From Ramlibacter sp. (GTDB lineage: Bacteria > Pseudomonadota > Gammaproteobacteria > Burkholderiales > Burkholderiaceae_C): a DNA stretch of 64,000 nt. Each line of letters starts with the position of its first letter. Within the stretch, counting starts at the first letter, position 1. Shown piece by piece: positions 37,867 to 46,558 of this stretch. The translations under genes were made by a program, and so were the position numbers. The notes under the pieces were generated by a model. The model was not told the DNA's origin and did not search any database. It saw nothing but the letters and a program-made list of their open reading frames with translations. Location: NCBI GenBank assembly GCA_035526975.1, contig DATLBJ010000218.1:25612-89611 (forward strand), in the 5' to 3' direction.

Positions 37867-39549
37867 ATGCCGATGTTGAAGAACCCCGCCGCGAAGTACC
37901 GCCCGTTCGAGCCGGTCCGCCTGAAGGACCGCAGCTGGCCCGACGCCGTGATCACGAAGCCGCCGGTGTGGTGCAGCGTCGACTTGCGTGACGGCAACCA
38001 GGCGCTGATCGAGCCGATGGACATCGAGCGCAAGCTGCGCATGTTCCAGACGCTGGTGCAGATCGGCTTCAAGGAGATCGAAGTCGGCTTTCCGTCGGCA
38101 TCGCAGGTCGAGTTCGATTTCGTGCGCAAGCTGATCGACGAAGACCTCGTGCCGGAAGACGTGACGATCCAGGTCCTGACGCAGGCGCGCGAGCCGCTGG
38201 TGCGGCGAACTTTCGAATCGGTGCAAGGTGCGAAGAAGGCGATCGTGCACCTGTACAACGCCACCGCACCCGTCATGCGCAAGGTGGTGCTCGCGCTCGA
38301 CGAGGACGGCATCGTCGAACTCGCGACATCGCAAGCGCGGCTGTTCATGGAACTCGCGGCGCAGCAGCCCGGGACGCAGTGGACCTTCGAGTATTCGCCC
38401 GAGATGTTCTCCGGGACGGAGCTCGCGTTCTCCAAGCGTGTCGTCGACGCAGTGACGCAAGTGTGGCAGCCGACGCCTGCGCGCAAATGCATCGTCAACT
38501 TGCCGTCGACGGTGGAGCACTCCACGCCCAACATCTTCGCCGACATGATCGAGTGGATGCACCGCAATCTCGCGCGCCGCGATTCCATCGTGCTGTCGAT
38601 CCATCCGCACAACGATCGCGGCACCGGCACGGCGTCCGGTGAGTTCGCGGTCATGGCCGGCGCCGATCGCCTCGAAGGCTGCCTGTTCGGCAACGGCGAG
38701 CGCACGGGCAACCTCGATCTCGTGAACGTCGCGCTCAACATGTACTCGCAGGGCGTGGACCCCGGCCTCGACTTTTCGGACATCGACGAAATCCGCCGCA
38801 CGGTGGAACACTGCAACCAGCTGCCCGTGCATCCGCGGCATCCATATGCGGGAGACCTGGTCTACACATCCTTTTCGGGGTCGCACCAGGATGCGATCAA
38901 GAAGGCGTTCTCCGCCCGCAATGCGGACGACGTGTGGGTCATGCCTTACCTGCCGCTCGATCCGAAGGACCTGGGCCGCAGCTACGAAGCCGTGATCCGC
39001 GTGAACAGCCAGTCGGGCAAGGGCGGCATCTCGTATCTCCTAGAAACCGAGTACGGGCTCGAACTTCCGCGGCGGCTCCAGATCGAGTTCAGCCAGGTGG
39101 TGCAGCAGGCCATGGACGCCAGCGGCAAGGAGTTCACCGCGCACGACATCTTCGACCTGTTCGAGCGCGAGTTCGGCGTGCACAGCATCGCCGCGCCGAA
39201 GCACCAGTTGCAGGAAGAGGGCGACTTCGTCCGCCTTGCGGGCGAAGCATTCGTCAACGGCGAGCGCGTGTCGGTCACGGGCGCGGGCAATGGCCCGATC
39301 GACGCGTTCGTCGAAGGCCTTTCGGCGGCTTGCGGCGAGTCCGTCCGGGTGCTCGACTACCACGAGCACGCGATCGGCTCCGGCGCCGATGCGCGGGCCG
39401 TTGCGTACCTCGAGCTGCGCATCGGTGCACGCACGCTGTTCGGCGTGGGGATCGATCCCAACATCGTCACGGCGTCGCTCAAGGCGATCGTCTCGGGCGT
39501 GCAGCGCGCGACAGCGCAGAAAAAGAGTGCGGCATGGCAGACAAACTGA
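37867..39549 (+). CDS. leuA: 2-isopropylmalate synthase, yeast/actinobacterial-type subfamily
   Basis: [33 protein letters not shown] and [11 protein letters not shown] motifs. Confidence 0.92.
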   Translation: MPMLKNPAAKYRPFEPVRLKDRSWPDAVITKPPVWCSVDLRDGNQALIEPMDIERKLRMFQTLVQIGFKEIEVGFPSASQVEFDFVRKLIDEDLVPEDVTIQVLTQAREPLVRRTFESVQGAKKAIVHLYNATAPVMRKVVLALDEDGIVELATSQARLFMELAAQQPGTQWTFEYSPEMFSGTELAFSKRVVDAVTQVWQPTPARKCIVNLPSTVEHSTPNIFADMIEWMHRNLARRDSIVLSIHPHNDRGTGTASGEFAVMAGADRLEGCLFGNGERTGNLDLVNVALNMYSQGVDPGLDFSDIDEIRRTVEHCNQLPVHPRHPYAGDLVYTSFSGSHQDAIKKAFSARNADDVWVMPYLPLDPKDLGRSYEAVIRVNSQSGKGGISYLLETEYGLELPRRLQIEFSQVVQQAMDASGKEFTAHDIFDLFEREFGVHSIAAPKHQLQEEGDFVRLAGEAFVNGERVSVTGAGNGPIDAFVEGLSAACGESVRVLDYHEHAIGSGADARAVAYLELRIGARTLFGVGIDPNIVTASLKAIVSGVQRATAQKKSAAWQTN

Positions 39550-41078
39550 TCATCTTCGACACCACCTTGCGCGACGGCGAGCAGTCGCCCGGCGCGTCGA
39601 TGACGAAGGACGAGAAGTTGCGCATCGCGCGCCAGCTCGAACGCCTGAAGGTGGACGTCATCGAGGCGGGGTTTCCTGCCAGCTCCAATGGTGACTTCGA
39701 CGCCGTGCAGGGCATCGCACGTTCGATCAAGGACTCGACGATCTGCGGCCTGTCGCGTGCGAATGACCGCGACATCGCGCGCGCGGCGGAGGCCCTCAAG
39801 GGCGCAAATCGCGCGCGCATCCACACGTTCATCGCGACTTCGCCGCTGCACATGGAAAAGAAGCTGCGCATGACGCCCGAGCAGGTGCACGAGCAGGCGA
39901 AGCTGTCCGTGAAATTTGCCCGTAACCTGTGCGACGACATCGAGTTCTCGCCCGAAGACGGCTATCGCAGCGACATGGACTTCCTTTGCCGTGTCCTCGA
40001 GACGGTGATCAAGGAAGGCGCGACGACCATCAACGTGCCGGACACGGTGGGCTACGCCGTGCCGGAGCTCTATGGCATGTTCCTGAAGACGTTGCGCGAA
40101 CGCATCCCCAATTCGGACAAGGCGGTGTGGTCGGTGCATTGCCACAACGACCTCGGGATGGCGGTGGCGAACTCGCTTGCAGGGGTGAAGATCGGCGGCG
40201 CGCGCCAGGTCGAGTGCACCATCAACGGCCTGGGCGAACGGGCGGGGAACTGCTCACTGGAAGAGATCGTGATGGCGGTGAAGACGCGCCGCGACTATTT
40301 CGGCCTCGACGTGGGCATCGACACGAAGCACATCGTGCCGGCTTCGCGCATGGTGAGCCAGACGACCGGCTTCGTGGTGCAGCCGAACAAGGCGGTGGTG
40401 GGCGCGAATGCGTTCGCGCACGCGAGCGGCATCCACCAGGACGGAGTGCTCAAGGCGCGCGACACCTACGAGATCATGCGCGCCGAGGACGTGGGCTGGA
40501 GCGCGAACAAGATCGTGCTGGGCAAGCTCTCGGGCCGAAACGCGTTCAAGCAGCGCCTGCAGGAGCTGGGCGTGCAGCTCGAAAGCGAAGCGGATATCAA
40601 CGCCGCCTTCGCCAAGTTCAAGGAGCTTGCCGACCGCAAAAGCGAGATCTTCGACGAGGACATCCTTGCGCTGGTGGCCGACGAGAGCGTCGCGCACGGC
40701 CAGCAGTCGGATCGCTACCACTTCGTCTCGCTCGCACAACACAGCGAAACAGGGGAGCGCCCCCAGGCGACGATCGTCTTCAAGGTCGACGGCAAGGAAG
40801 TCAAGGTCCAAAGCGACGGCAACGGGCCGGTCGATGCCTCCATGAAGGCGATCGAGACGCACGTGAAGAGCGGCGCGGAAATGGTGCTCTATTCGGTCAA
40901 CGCCATCAGCGGCTCGACCGAGAGCCAGGGGGAGGTGACTGTCCGGCTGCAGAACTCGGGCCGGGTGGTCAACGGGACCGGGGCCGACCCGGACATCATC
41001 GTCGCGTCTGCAAAGGCTTATCTCAGCGCTCTCAATAAGTTACAGAGCAAAGCGGATCGAGTAGCTGCACAAGGCTGA
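39534..41078 (+). CDS. leuA: 2-isopropylmalate synthase, bacterial-type subfamily
   Basis: [36 protein letters not shown] and GNGPVDA motifs; ATG 39534 overlaps the upstream gene. Confidence 0.93.
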   Translation: MADKLIIFDTTLRDGEQSPGASMTKDEKLRIARQLERLKVDVIEAGFPASSNGDFDAVQGIARSIKDSTICGLSRANDRDIARAAEALKGANRARIHTFIATSPLHMEKKLRMTPEQVHEQAKLSVKFARNLCDDIEFSPEDGYRSDMDFLCRVLETVIKEGATTINVPDTVGYAVPELYGMFLKTLRERIPNSDKAVWSVHCHNDLGMAVANSLAGVKIGGARQVECTINGLGERAGNCSLEEIVMAVKTRRDYFGLDVGIDTKHIVPASRMVSQTTGFVVQPNKAVVGANAFAHASGIHQDGVLKARDTYEIMRAEDVGWSANKIVLGKLSGRNAFKQRLQELGVQLESEADINAAFAKFKELADRKSEIFDEDILALVADESVAHGQQSDRYHFVSLAQHSETGERPQATIVFKVDGKEVKVQSDGNGPVDASMKAIETHVKSGAEMVLYSVNAISGSTESQGEVTVRLQNSGRVVNGTGADPDIIVASAKAYLSALNKLQSKADRVAAQG

Positions 41079-41109
41079 GCCGGGGCCCTACAATTGACAC
41101 TACGGCTGA

Positions 41110-41148
41110 GAAAGGTTACATAACTCATTGTGGCTATGTAACTTTTTC
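41110..41148. promoter_or_regulatory. AT-rich inverted repeat (terminator or protein-binding site)
   Basis: GTTACATA-N12-TATGTAAC with flanking A-rich and T-rich runs, between leuA and pbpG. Confidence 0.5.
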
Positions 41149-41194
41149 GGGTCAGGCGTAAACTGGATCGGTGGTTGTGGCGTTGTGGGAGCTT

Positions 41195-42202
41195 ATGAGC
41201 CAGTACCTCAAGCATTTCGTGCATTCCCTTGCTGTCGTGGCAGTCGCCGCGGCATTGGTGCCGGCTCCTGCGGAAGCTGCCACCAAGAAAAAGGTCGAGC
41301 AGCGCCGCGTGCATCGCGTCTATGGGATGAGCAAGCACCCGTCCGTGGTGCGCGCCGTCATTCCCGCAAAGCCGTCCTTCGGCCAGCTCGCGGGCCTGCA
41401 TCTCACCGGGGATGAGCTCGCATTGAAGTCGAGCGTGGCCTTGGTCATGGACCAGGACACCCGCGAAATCCTGCTTTCCAAGAACGATTCGGCCGTGCTG
41501 CCGATCGCTTCGATCACGAAGCTGATGACCGGCGTGGTCGTGAGCGAAGCCAAGCTGCCGATGGACGAGCGCGTGACCATCACGCAGGAAGACGTCGACA
41601 CCGAAAAGCATTCGAGCTCCCGCCTGCGCGTCGGCACCACTTTGTCACGCGGCGAGCTGCTGCACCTTGCGCTGATGTCCAGCGAAAACCGCGCCGCCCA
41701 TGCGCTGGGCCGGACGTATCCCGGCGGCCTGGGCAAGTTCGTCGAGGCGATGAACGCGAGGGCCACGCTCCTGGGCATGAAGGACACGCACTACGTGGAG
41801 CCCACGGGCCTTTCCAGCCGCAACCAGTCCAGCGCCCATGATCTGGCGACGCTCGTGAACGCAGCGTACGAAGATCCGCTGCTGCGCGAGTACACGACCA
41901 CGCCCGAGAAATTCGTCGCCATCGGCAACCGCACGCTGCAGTTCAACAACACGAACCGCCTCGTCAAGCGCGCCGACTGGGACATCGGCCTGCAGAAAAC
42001 CGGCTACATCTCCGAAGCGGGACAGTGCCTGGTGATGCAGGCCAAGGTCGCCGGCCGCAAATTGATCATGGTGTTCCTCGATTCCGCCGGCAAGCTCTCG
42101 CGCATCGCCGATGCGGAGCGCGTTCGCCACTGGCTGGAAAAAAATCCGCAGGCAACAACGGCGCCCGCCGGCGCTACCGTCATCCGCCAAGTCAGCGGTT
42201 GA
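41195..42202 (+). CDS. pbpG: D-alanyl-D-alanine endopeptidase PBP7 (peptidase S11)
   Basis: ASITKLM (SxxK), SEN (SxN) and KTG motifs. Confidence 0.88.
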   Translation: MSQYLKHFVHSLAVVAVAAALVPAPAEAATKKKVEQRRVHRVYGMSKHPSVVRAVIPAKPSFGQLAGLHLTGDELALKSSVALVMDQDTREILLSKNDSAVLPIASITKLMTGVVVSEAKLPMDERVTITQEDVDTEKHSSSRLRVGTTLSRGELLHLALMSSENRAAHALGRTYPGGLGKFVEAMNARATLLGMKDTHYVEPTGLSSRNQSSAHDLATLVNAAYEDPLLREYTTTPEKFVAIGNRTLQFNNTNRLVKRADWDIGLQKTGYISEAGQCLVMQAKVAGRKLIMVFLDSAGKLSRIADAERVRHWLEKNPQATTAPAGATVIRQVSG

Positions 42203-42205
42203 AGG

Positions 42206-43000
42206 CTACGCGGCCTTCTGCGCCGCGGCGCGATGGCCCAACGCGTTCGAAATCTGCGTGGCCGTCGTCTGCAGTTTCGCCAGCCATCCTTCATCGAGCC
42301 GGTCCGCGGGCGCACTGATCGACAGGCCCGCCACCAGGCGATTCTGGTCGTCGTAGATCCCCGCTGCCATGCAGCGCACTCCCAGCTCGAGTTCCTCGTT
42401 GTCGCGCGCGAAGCCGTATTGGCGTGCGCGCGCGAGTTCGCGTTCGAGCACCGGCATCTGCGTGATGCTGTTCTTCGTGTGGCCCGCCAGCCCCGTGCGC
42501 GTGGCGTACTGGCGCACGCGTTGCGGATCGTCGGCGGCCAGGAACAACTTGCCGCTCGACGTAAGGTGCAGCGGCGCGCGACCGCCGATGGTGCGGACCA
42601 CCTGCATCCCCGAGCGTTCGCTGTACGCGCGTTCGATGTAGACGATCTCGTCGCCCTGGCGCATCGCAAGGTTCACCGGCTGCTGGATCTGCTTGTGCAG
42701 GTCCCGCATCGGCGTGAGCGCCGCATCTCGCACGTTCAGCCGCGCCTTCACGAGGTTGCCCAGCTCCAGCAGCCGCATGCCGAGGCGGTAGCTGCCGGCT
42801 TCAGGACGGTCGACGAACCGCCCGACCGCCAGGTCGTTGAGGATGCGGTGCGTCGTGGACGGGTGCAGCCCCGTCCTTTCGCTGATTTCCTTGAGCGAAA
42901 CCGCGTCCTCGCGCGAGGCGAGCACGTCGATCAGCGCAAACATGCGCTCGATCACCTGGATCGTCGGCGTGGCGGGTCCCTGGGAATCTTTTTTTCTCAT
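42206..43000 (-). CDS. IclR family transcriptional regulator
   Basis: HTH region SLKEISERTGLHPSTTHRIL; APLHLTSSGK and DNEELELGVRC. Confidence 0.93.
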   Translation of the reverse strand: MRKKDSQGPATPTIQVIERMFALIDVLASREDAVSLKEISERTGLHPSTTHRILNDLAVGRFVDRPEAGSYRLGMRLLELGNLVKARLNVRDAALTPMRDLHKQIQQPVNLAMRQGDEIVYIERAYSERSGMQVVRTIGGRAPLHLTSSGKLFLAADDPQRVRQYATRTGLAGHTKNSITQMPVLERELARARQYGFARDNEELELGVRCMAAGIYDDQNRLVAGLSISAPADRLDEGWLAKLQTTATQISNALGHRAAAQKAA

Positions 43001-43029
43001 TACGGCCGTTCCGGGAACAGGCCGCTATT

Positions 43030-43776
43030 TTACTTGGTGAAATCGCCCTGCATCCACTGGCCGTCGATGAGCACCTCGTGGGGGGCGAACCGGGCCTTGT
43101 AATTCATCTTCGGGCTCTGGCCTATCCAGTAGCCCAGGTAGACGTGCGGCAGGCGCAGGCGGCGCGCCTGGTCGATCTGCCACAGGACGCTGTACGTGCC
43201 GAAGCTCGCCGATGCGTCGGGCTCGTAGAACGTATAGACAGCCGAGATGCCGTCGTTCAGCACGTCGAGGATCGACACCATGCGCAGCGGACCGGGCGTG
43301 CCGTCGTCGCGCGACTCGCGGAACTCGACGAGGCGCGAGTTCACGCGGCTTTGCAGCAGGAACTGCGTGTACTGGTCGATGCTGTCATGGTCCATGCCGC
43401 CGCCCGCGTGGCGGCCGGTCTGGTAGCGCAGGTACAGGTGGTAGTGCTCGGGCACGAAGCAAAGCTTGAGCACGCGCGCCTGCAGGTTCTGGTGGCGCGC
43501 CCAAGCGCGGCGCTGGCTTCGATCGGGCTGAAACTGCGCGGCGATCACGCGCAGGGGCACGCATGCACGGCAGCCATCGCAATATGGGCGGTACGTGAAC
43601 ATGCCGCTGCGACGAAAGCCGCTGGTCACCAGGTCGGAGTACGCGTCGTTGTGGATCAGGTGGCTCGGCGTGGCGACCTGCGAACGCGCTTGCCGGCCCG
43701 GCAGGTAGCTGCACGGGTACGGCGCCGTTGCGTAGAACTGCAGCGTCTGGAGCGGAAGGTCCTTGAGGTGCGTCAC
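43030..43776 (-). CDS. bpt: Aspartate/glutamate leucyltransferase (Bpt/ATE family)
   Basis: PCSYL, GFRRSG, RPYCDGC and YLGYWI motifs; GTG start overlaps aat. Confidence 0.88.
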   Translation of the reverse strand: MTHLKDLPLQTLQFYATAPYPCSYLPGRQARSQVATPSHLIHNDAYSDLVTSGFRRSGMFTYRPYCDGCRACVPLRVIAAQFQPDRSQRRAWARHQNLQARVLKLCFVPEHYHLYLRYQTGRHAGGGMDHDSIDQYTQFLLQSRVNSRLVEFRESRDDGTPGPLRMVSILDVLNDGISAVYTFYEPDASASFGTYSVLWQIDQARRLRLPHVYLGYWIGQSPKMNYKARFAPHEVLIDGQWMQGDFTK

Positions 43777-44513
43777 GTCGGTCGCGCGAGAAGTCGCTGC
43801 CAGTATATGGGCTCGAATCGCCACGGTGGAGACGGTTTTTTCACGCTTTGTGCGACTTGCGCCACAAACGATTCGCGCGCGATCTCGCGCGCCCCGAGCG
43901 ATGCGAGGTGTGCTGTGTTCTGCTGGCAGTCGATCATCGCCACGTCGTTCCCGAGGCACAGTGCCACCAGCGCGGCGAGCGCGACCTTCGATGCATCGGG
44001 AACGCGCGTGAACATCGACTCGCCGAACACCGCAGCGCCGATCCCGACGCAATACAACCCCCCGGCGAGGCGGCCGTCCACCCACGCCTCGACGCTGTGT
44101 GCGAAGCCCGCGCGGTGGAAGGAGCAATACGCGCGCACCATCTGCGGCACGATCCAGGTACCGTCCTGGCCGGGCCGCGGGCTCGTCGCGCAAGCACGGA
44201 TCACTTCCTCGAATGCGGTGTCGATGCGGATCTCGAAGCCCGCGCTTCCCGCCATCTTCGCGACCGTCTTTCGCAGCGACCGGTGCAGCCGGAACTCGGC
44301 GGGCAACAGCACCATGCGCGGGTCGGTGCTCCACCACAGGATCGGCTGCCCTTCCGAAAACCACGGGAAGATTCCTGCCGAATACGCGCGGTGAAGGCTG
44401 TCGACGTCGAGCCCCCCGCCGGCCGCCAGCAGGCCGGGCGCGGGCTGCCCGGCGTCCCAGGCGCGTGCCGGATCGGGGAAGGGGTCGCCGGGGTCCAGCC
44501 AGGGAAGGTTCAT
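43773..44513 (-). CDS. aat: Leucyl/phenylalanyl-tRNA--protein transferase
   Basis: GIFPWF, WWSTDPR, AHSVE and FGESMF motifs. Confidence 0.95.
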   Translation of the reverse strand: MNLPWLDPGDPFPDPARAWDAGQPAPGLLAAGGGLDVDSLHRAYSAGIFPWFSEGQPILWWSTDPRMVLLPAEFRLHRSLRKTVAKMAGSAGFEIRIDTAFEEVIRACATSPRPGQDGTWIVPQMVRAYCSFHRAGFAHSVEAWVDGRLAGGLYCVGIGAAVFGESMFTRVPDASKVALAALVALCLGNDVAMIDCQQNTAHLASLGAREIARESFVAQVAQSVKKPSPPWRFEPIYWQRLLARPT

Positions 44514-44588
44514 CTCGTTGAAAGAAGTCGCAATGTTGCCGCGACGCTGCTATTGTGGAGTGTGAACCTCATGAGTGGAGCCGTCGCC

Positions 44589-45743
44589 ATGCTGTACCGT
44601 GCAGCCGCCATCTCGCTGTCCGCGATCCTGCTTGCGTCCTGCGCAAGCCCCGCGCCTTCTTCCCCCGACACTTTGCCGTGGCTGGACGCCCAGTTCCAAT
44701 ACGACCCGGCGATCGTCAAGGTCACGCCGGAAGAACTGTTCCGGCTTGACGGCGACCTCGAGGGAAAACTGTCGCAGCCCGCCGTGCGTGACGTCCCTGT
44801 GGGGTTGAAGCTCAAGCGCGTCATCGACACCATCTTCGACAAGGACCGCAAGGGCTTTGCATATCGCGCCGGACATTCGACGGCCGCTGCCGACACGTGG
44901 CGCAATCGCACCGGCGATTGCCTGTCCCTCACGGTGCTCACGTACTCCGTCGCGCGAACGCTGGGCATGAGCCCCGTGATGCAGGAGGTGCAGACGCCCG
45001 CGGTGTTCGGCCGCGCGGGCGAGTTCGACGTCGTGAACCAGCACGTCAACGTGATGTTCCCGCGCATCCGTGGCGACCTCATGGCGGAATCCGAGACGCA
45101 TGAAGTCGTGATCGATTTCGAGCCCGATTTCGCCGCGCCGCGGCGCGGCACGCCGCTCACCGAGGCCGGCATTCTTGCGCGGTACTACAACAACGTCGCC
45201 GTCGAGAACATGGCGCAAGGCAACTACACCGTGTCGTATGCGCACTTCCGGGCCGCGATCCGCGCCGATCCTTCCTACATCTCGCCGTACGGCAACCTCG
45301 CGGTGCTCTACCGGCGTGCGGGGCGTGATGAACAGGCCGAGCAATTGCTTCGCTACGCGATCGGCCTGGGGGGCAACACGGACGTTGCGCTTCACGAATT
45401 GCACCGGTTCCTCAAGGACCACGGACGAGTGCGGGAAGCCGGCGAAGTGGAGCGCAAGCTCGAGGCGCGCCTGCAATCCGACCCGTACCACTGGATCGGG
45501 CTCGCACTCGCGGATATGGAAAAGGGCGACACCCGCCGCGCAATCGACAAGCTGGAACGCGCGAACGAGATCGCGCCGTCGTTCGCGGAAATCCATCGGT
45601 ACCTGGCAGTTGCCTACGCGCGTGCCGGCAAGCCCGACAAGGCTCGCGAAGAACTGGTTGTGCTGCAAAACCTCGGCGGTTCGATGAACAAGATCGCGCT
45701 GCTGCGACGCAAGCTCGACCGCCTCGACACGCACGCGCAATAA
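44589..45743 (+). CDS. Lipoprotein with a transglutaminase-like domain and C-terminal TPR repeats
   Basis: Lipobox LASC; RTGDCLSLT...HVN...IDF; TPR-like helices (YYNNVA, YGNLAVLY, HRYLAVAY). Confidence 0.72.
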   Translation: MLYRAAAISLSAILLASCASPAPSSPDTLPWLDAQFQYDPAIVKVTPEELFRLDGDLEGKLSQPAVRDVPVGLKLKRVIDTIFDKDRKGFAYRAGHSTAAADTWRNRTGDCLSLTVLTYSVARTLGMSPVMQEVQTPAVFGRAGEFDVVNQHVNVMFPRIRGDLMAESETHEVVIDFEPDFAAPRRGTPLTEAGILARYYNNVAVENMAQGNYTVSYAHFRAAIRADPSYISPYGNLAVLYRRAGRDEQAEQLLRYAIGLGGNTDVALHELHRFLKDHGRVREAGEVERKLEARLQSDPYHWIGLALADMEKGDTRRAIDKLERANEIAPSFAEIHRYLAVAYARAGKPDKAREELVVLQNLGGSMNKIALLRRKLDRLDTHAQ

Positions 45744-45745
45744 AG

Positions 45746-45774
45746 AAAAAAGGCCGGACATTTCTGTCCGGCCT
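45746..45774 (-). terminator. Intrinsic terminator on the minus strand
   Basis: AGGCCGGACA-TTTC-TGTCCGGCCT with an A run on the left, giving a U tail on the minus strand. Confidence 0.85.
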
Positions 45775-45805
45775 GAACCTTCAAAGAGTTGAAGACACCT
45801 ATGGC
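45746..45805 (-). ncRNA. Candidate small RNA of about 60 nt
   Basis: -10 TAAGCT (45812-45817) and upstream CCTACA boxes, followed by a pyrimidine-rich body and a strong terminator; no ORF. Confidence 0.45.
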
Positions 45806-45898
45806 AAGTGAAGCTTAGGCGTGCGTCCGGTGCTCGGCTGTAGGAGCCTCAGCAGCGCGGGATGTAGGCCCAGGCCGGCTCATCGCGTCGGTGGCTGA

Positions 45899-46300
45899 TC
45901 AGAAGAGCGAAAAGCCGTCGTATGGCGCCCGGCCTTCGCGGAAACCGTTGGTCTCGAAGTGAAGCTGGCAGGTCTTCACCTTACGCATCTTGATGGCCTT
46001 CACGACGTCCGGATTCTTGTCGAGATAGAACTCCTCATCGACCTGGAACCGCTTGGGCATCCGGCCCTCGAAGAACCCGGCCTTGTAATAGTGGTCCCCC
46101 GCGGAGGCGATCTTGTTCGTCCGGACGGCGTTGCGCACATCGGGATTCGCCGCGAGGTAGAAGCCTTCGTCGAATTCCGCCTTTGAGCGCAGCGCCGTTT
46201 CCACGAGCTTGTGGAACAACGCAAACGGGATCGTCACGGCTTTCGAGCCGTCGGCCTCCTCGCGGATTTCCAGCAACTTCAGCAACGTCTTGTACTGCAT
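45899..46300 (-). CDS. Hypothetical protein with two (F/V)DExFYLxxNPDV...G(F)xEGRxP repeats
   Basis: Repeats FDEGFYLAANPDV..GFFEGRMP and VDEEFYLDKNPDV..GFREGRAP. Confidence 0.72.
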   Translation of the reverse strand: MQYKTLLKLLEIREEADGSKAVTIPFALFHKLVETALRSKAEFDEGFYLAANPDVRNAVRTNKIASAGDHYYKAGFFEGRMPKRFQVDEEFYLDKNPDVVKAIKMRKVKTCQLHFETNGFREGRAPYDGFSLF

Positions 46301-46424
46301 CCCTGAACACTCTTTTAAATGAAAAACGGGCCTGCCGGCCCCCCATGGCTGTGCAGGCGGATTATGCGTACCAATTAGATTTTGGCAAATACATTTCCGT
46401 AAAGTCCCAGTGCGGCGCGCCAAG

Positions 46425-46456
46425 AAAAAAAGGCTTGCGATCGCTCGCAAGCCTTT
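46425..46456 (-). terminator. Terminator downstream of tRNA-Asn
   Basis: AAAGGCTTGCGA-TCGC-TCGCAAGCCTTT with an A run. Confidence 0.82.
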
Positions 46457-46464
46457 GATTTATA

Positions 46465-46540
46465 TGGCTCCCCGACCTGGGCTCGAACCAGGGACCTACG
46501 GATTAACAGTCCGGCGCTCTACCAACTGAGCTATCGGGGA
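46465..46540 (-). tRNA. tRNA-Asn (GTT)
   Basis: 76-nt cloverleaf TCCCCGATAGCTCAG...CTGTTAA...GGTTCGAG...GGGGAGCCA with encoded CCA. Confidence 0.97.
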
Positions 46541-46558
46541 ATAGCCTTCGATTATAGC

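Noticed and set aside
46300-46540. Prophage or genomic island at tRNA-Asn
   Set aside because: No integrase, att duplication or phage genes are visible, and core-like genes resume within about 1 kb
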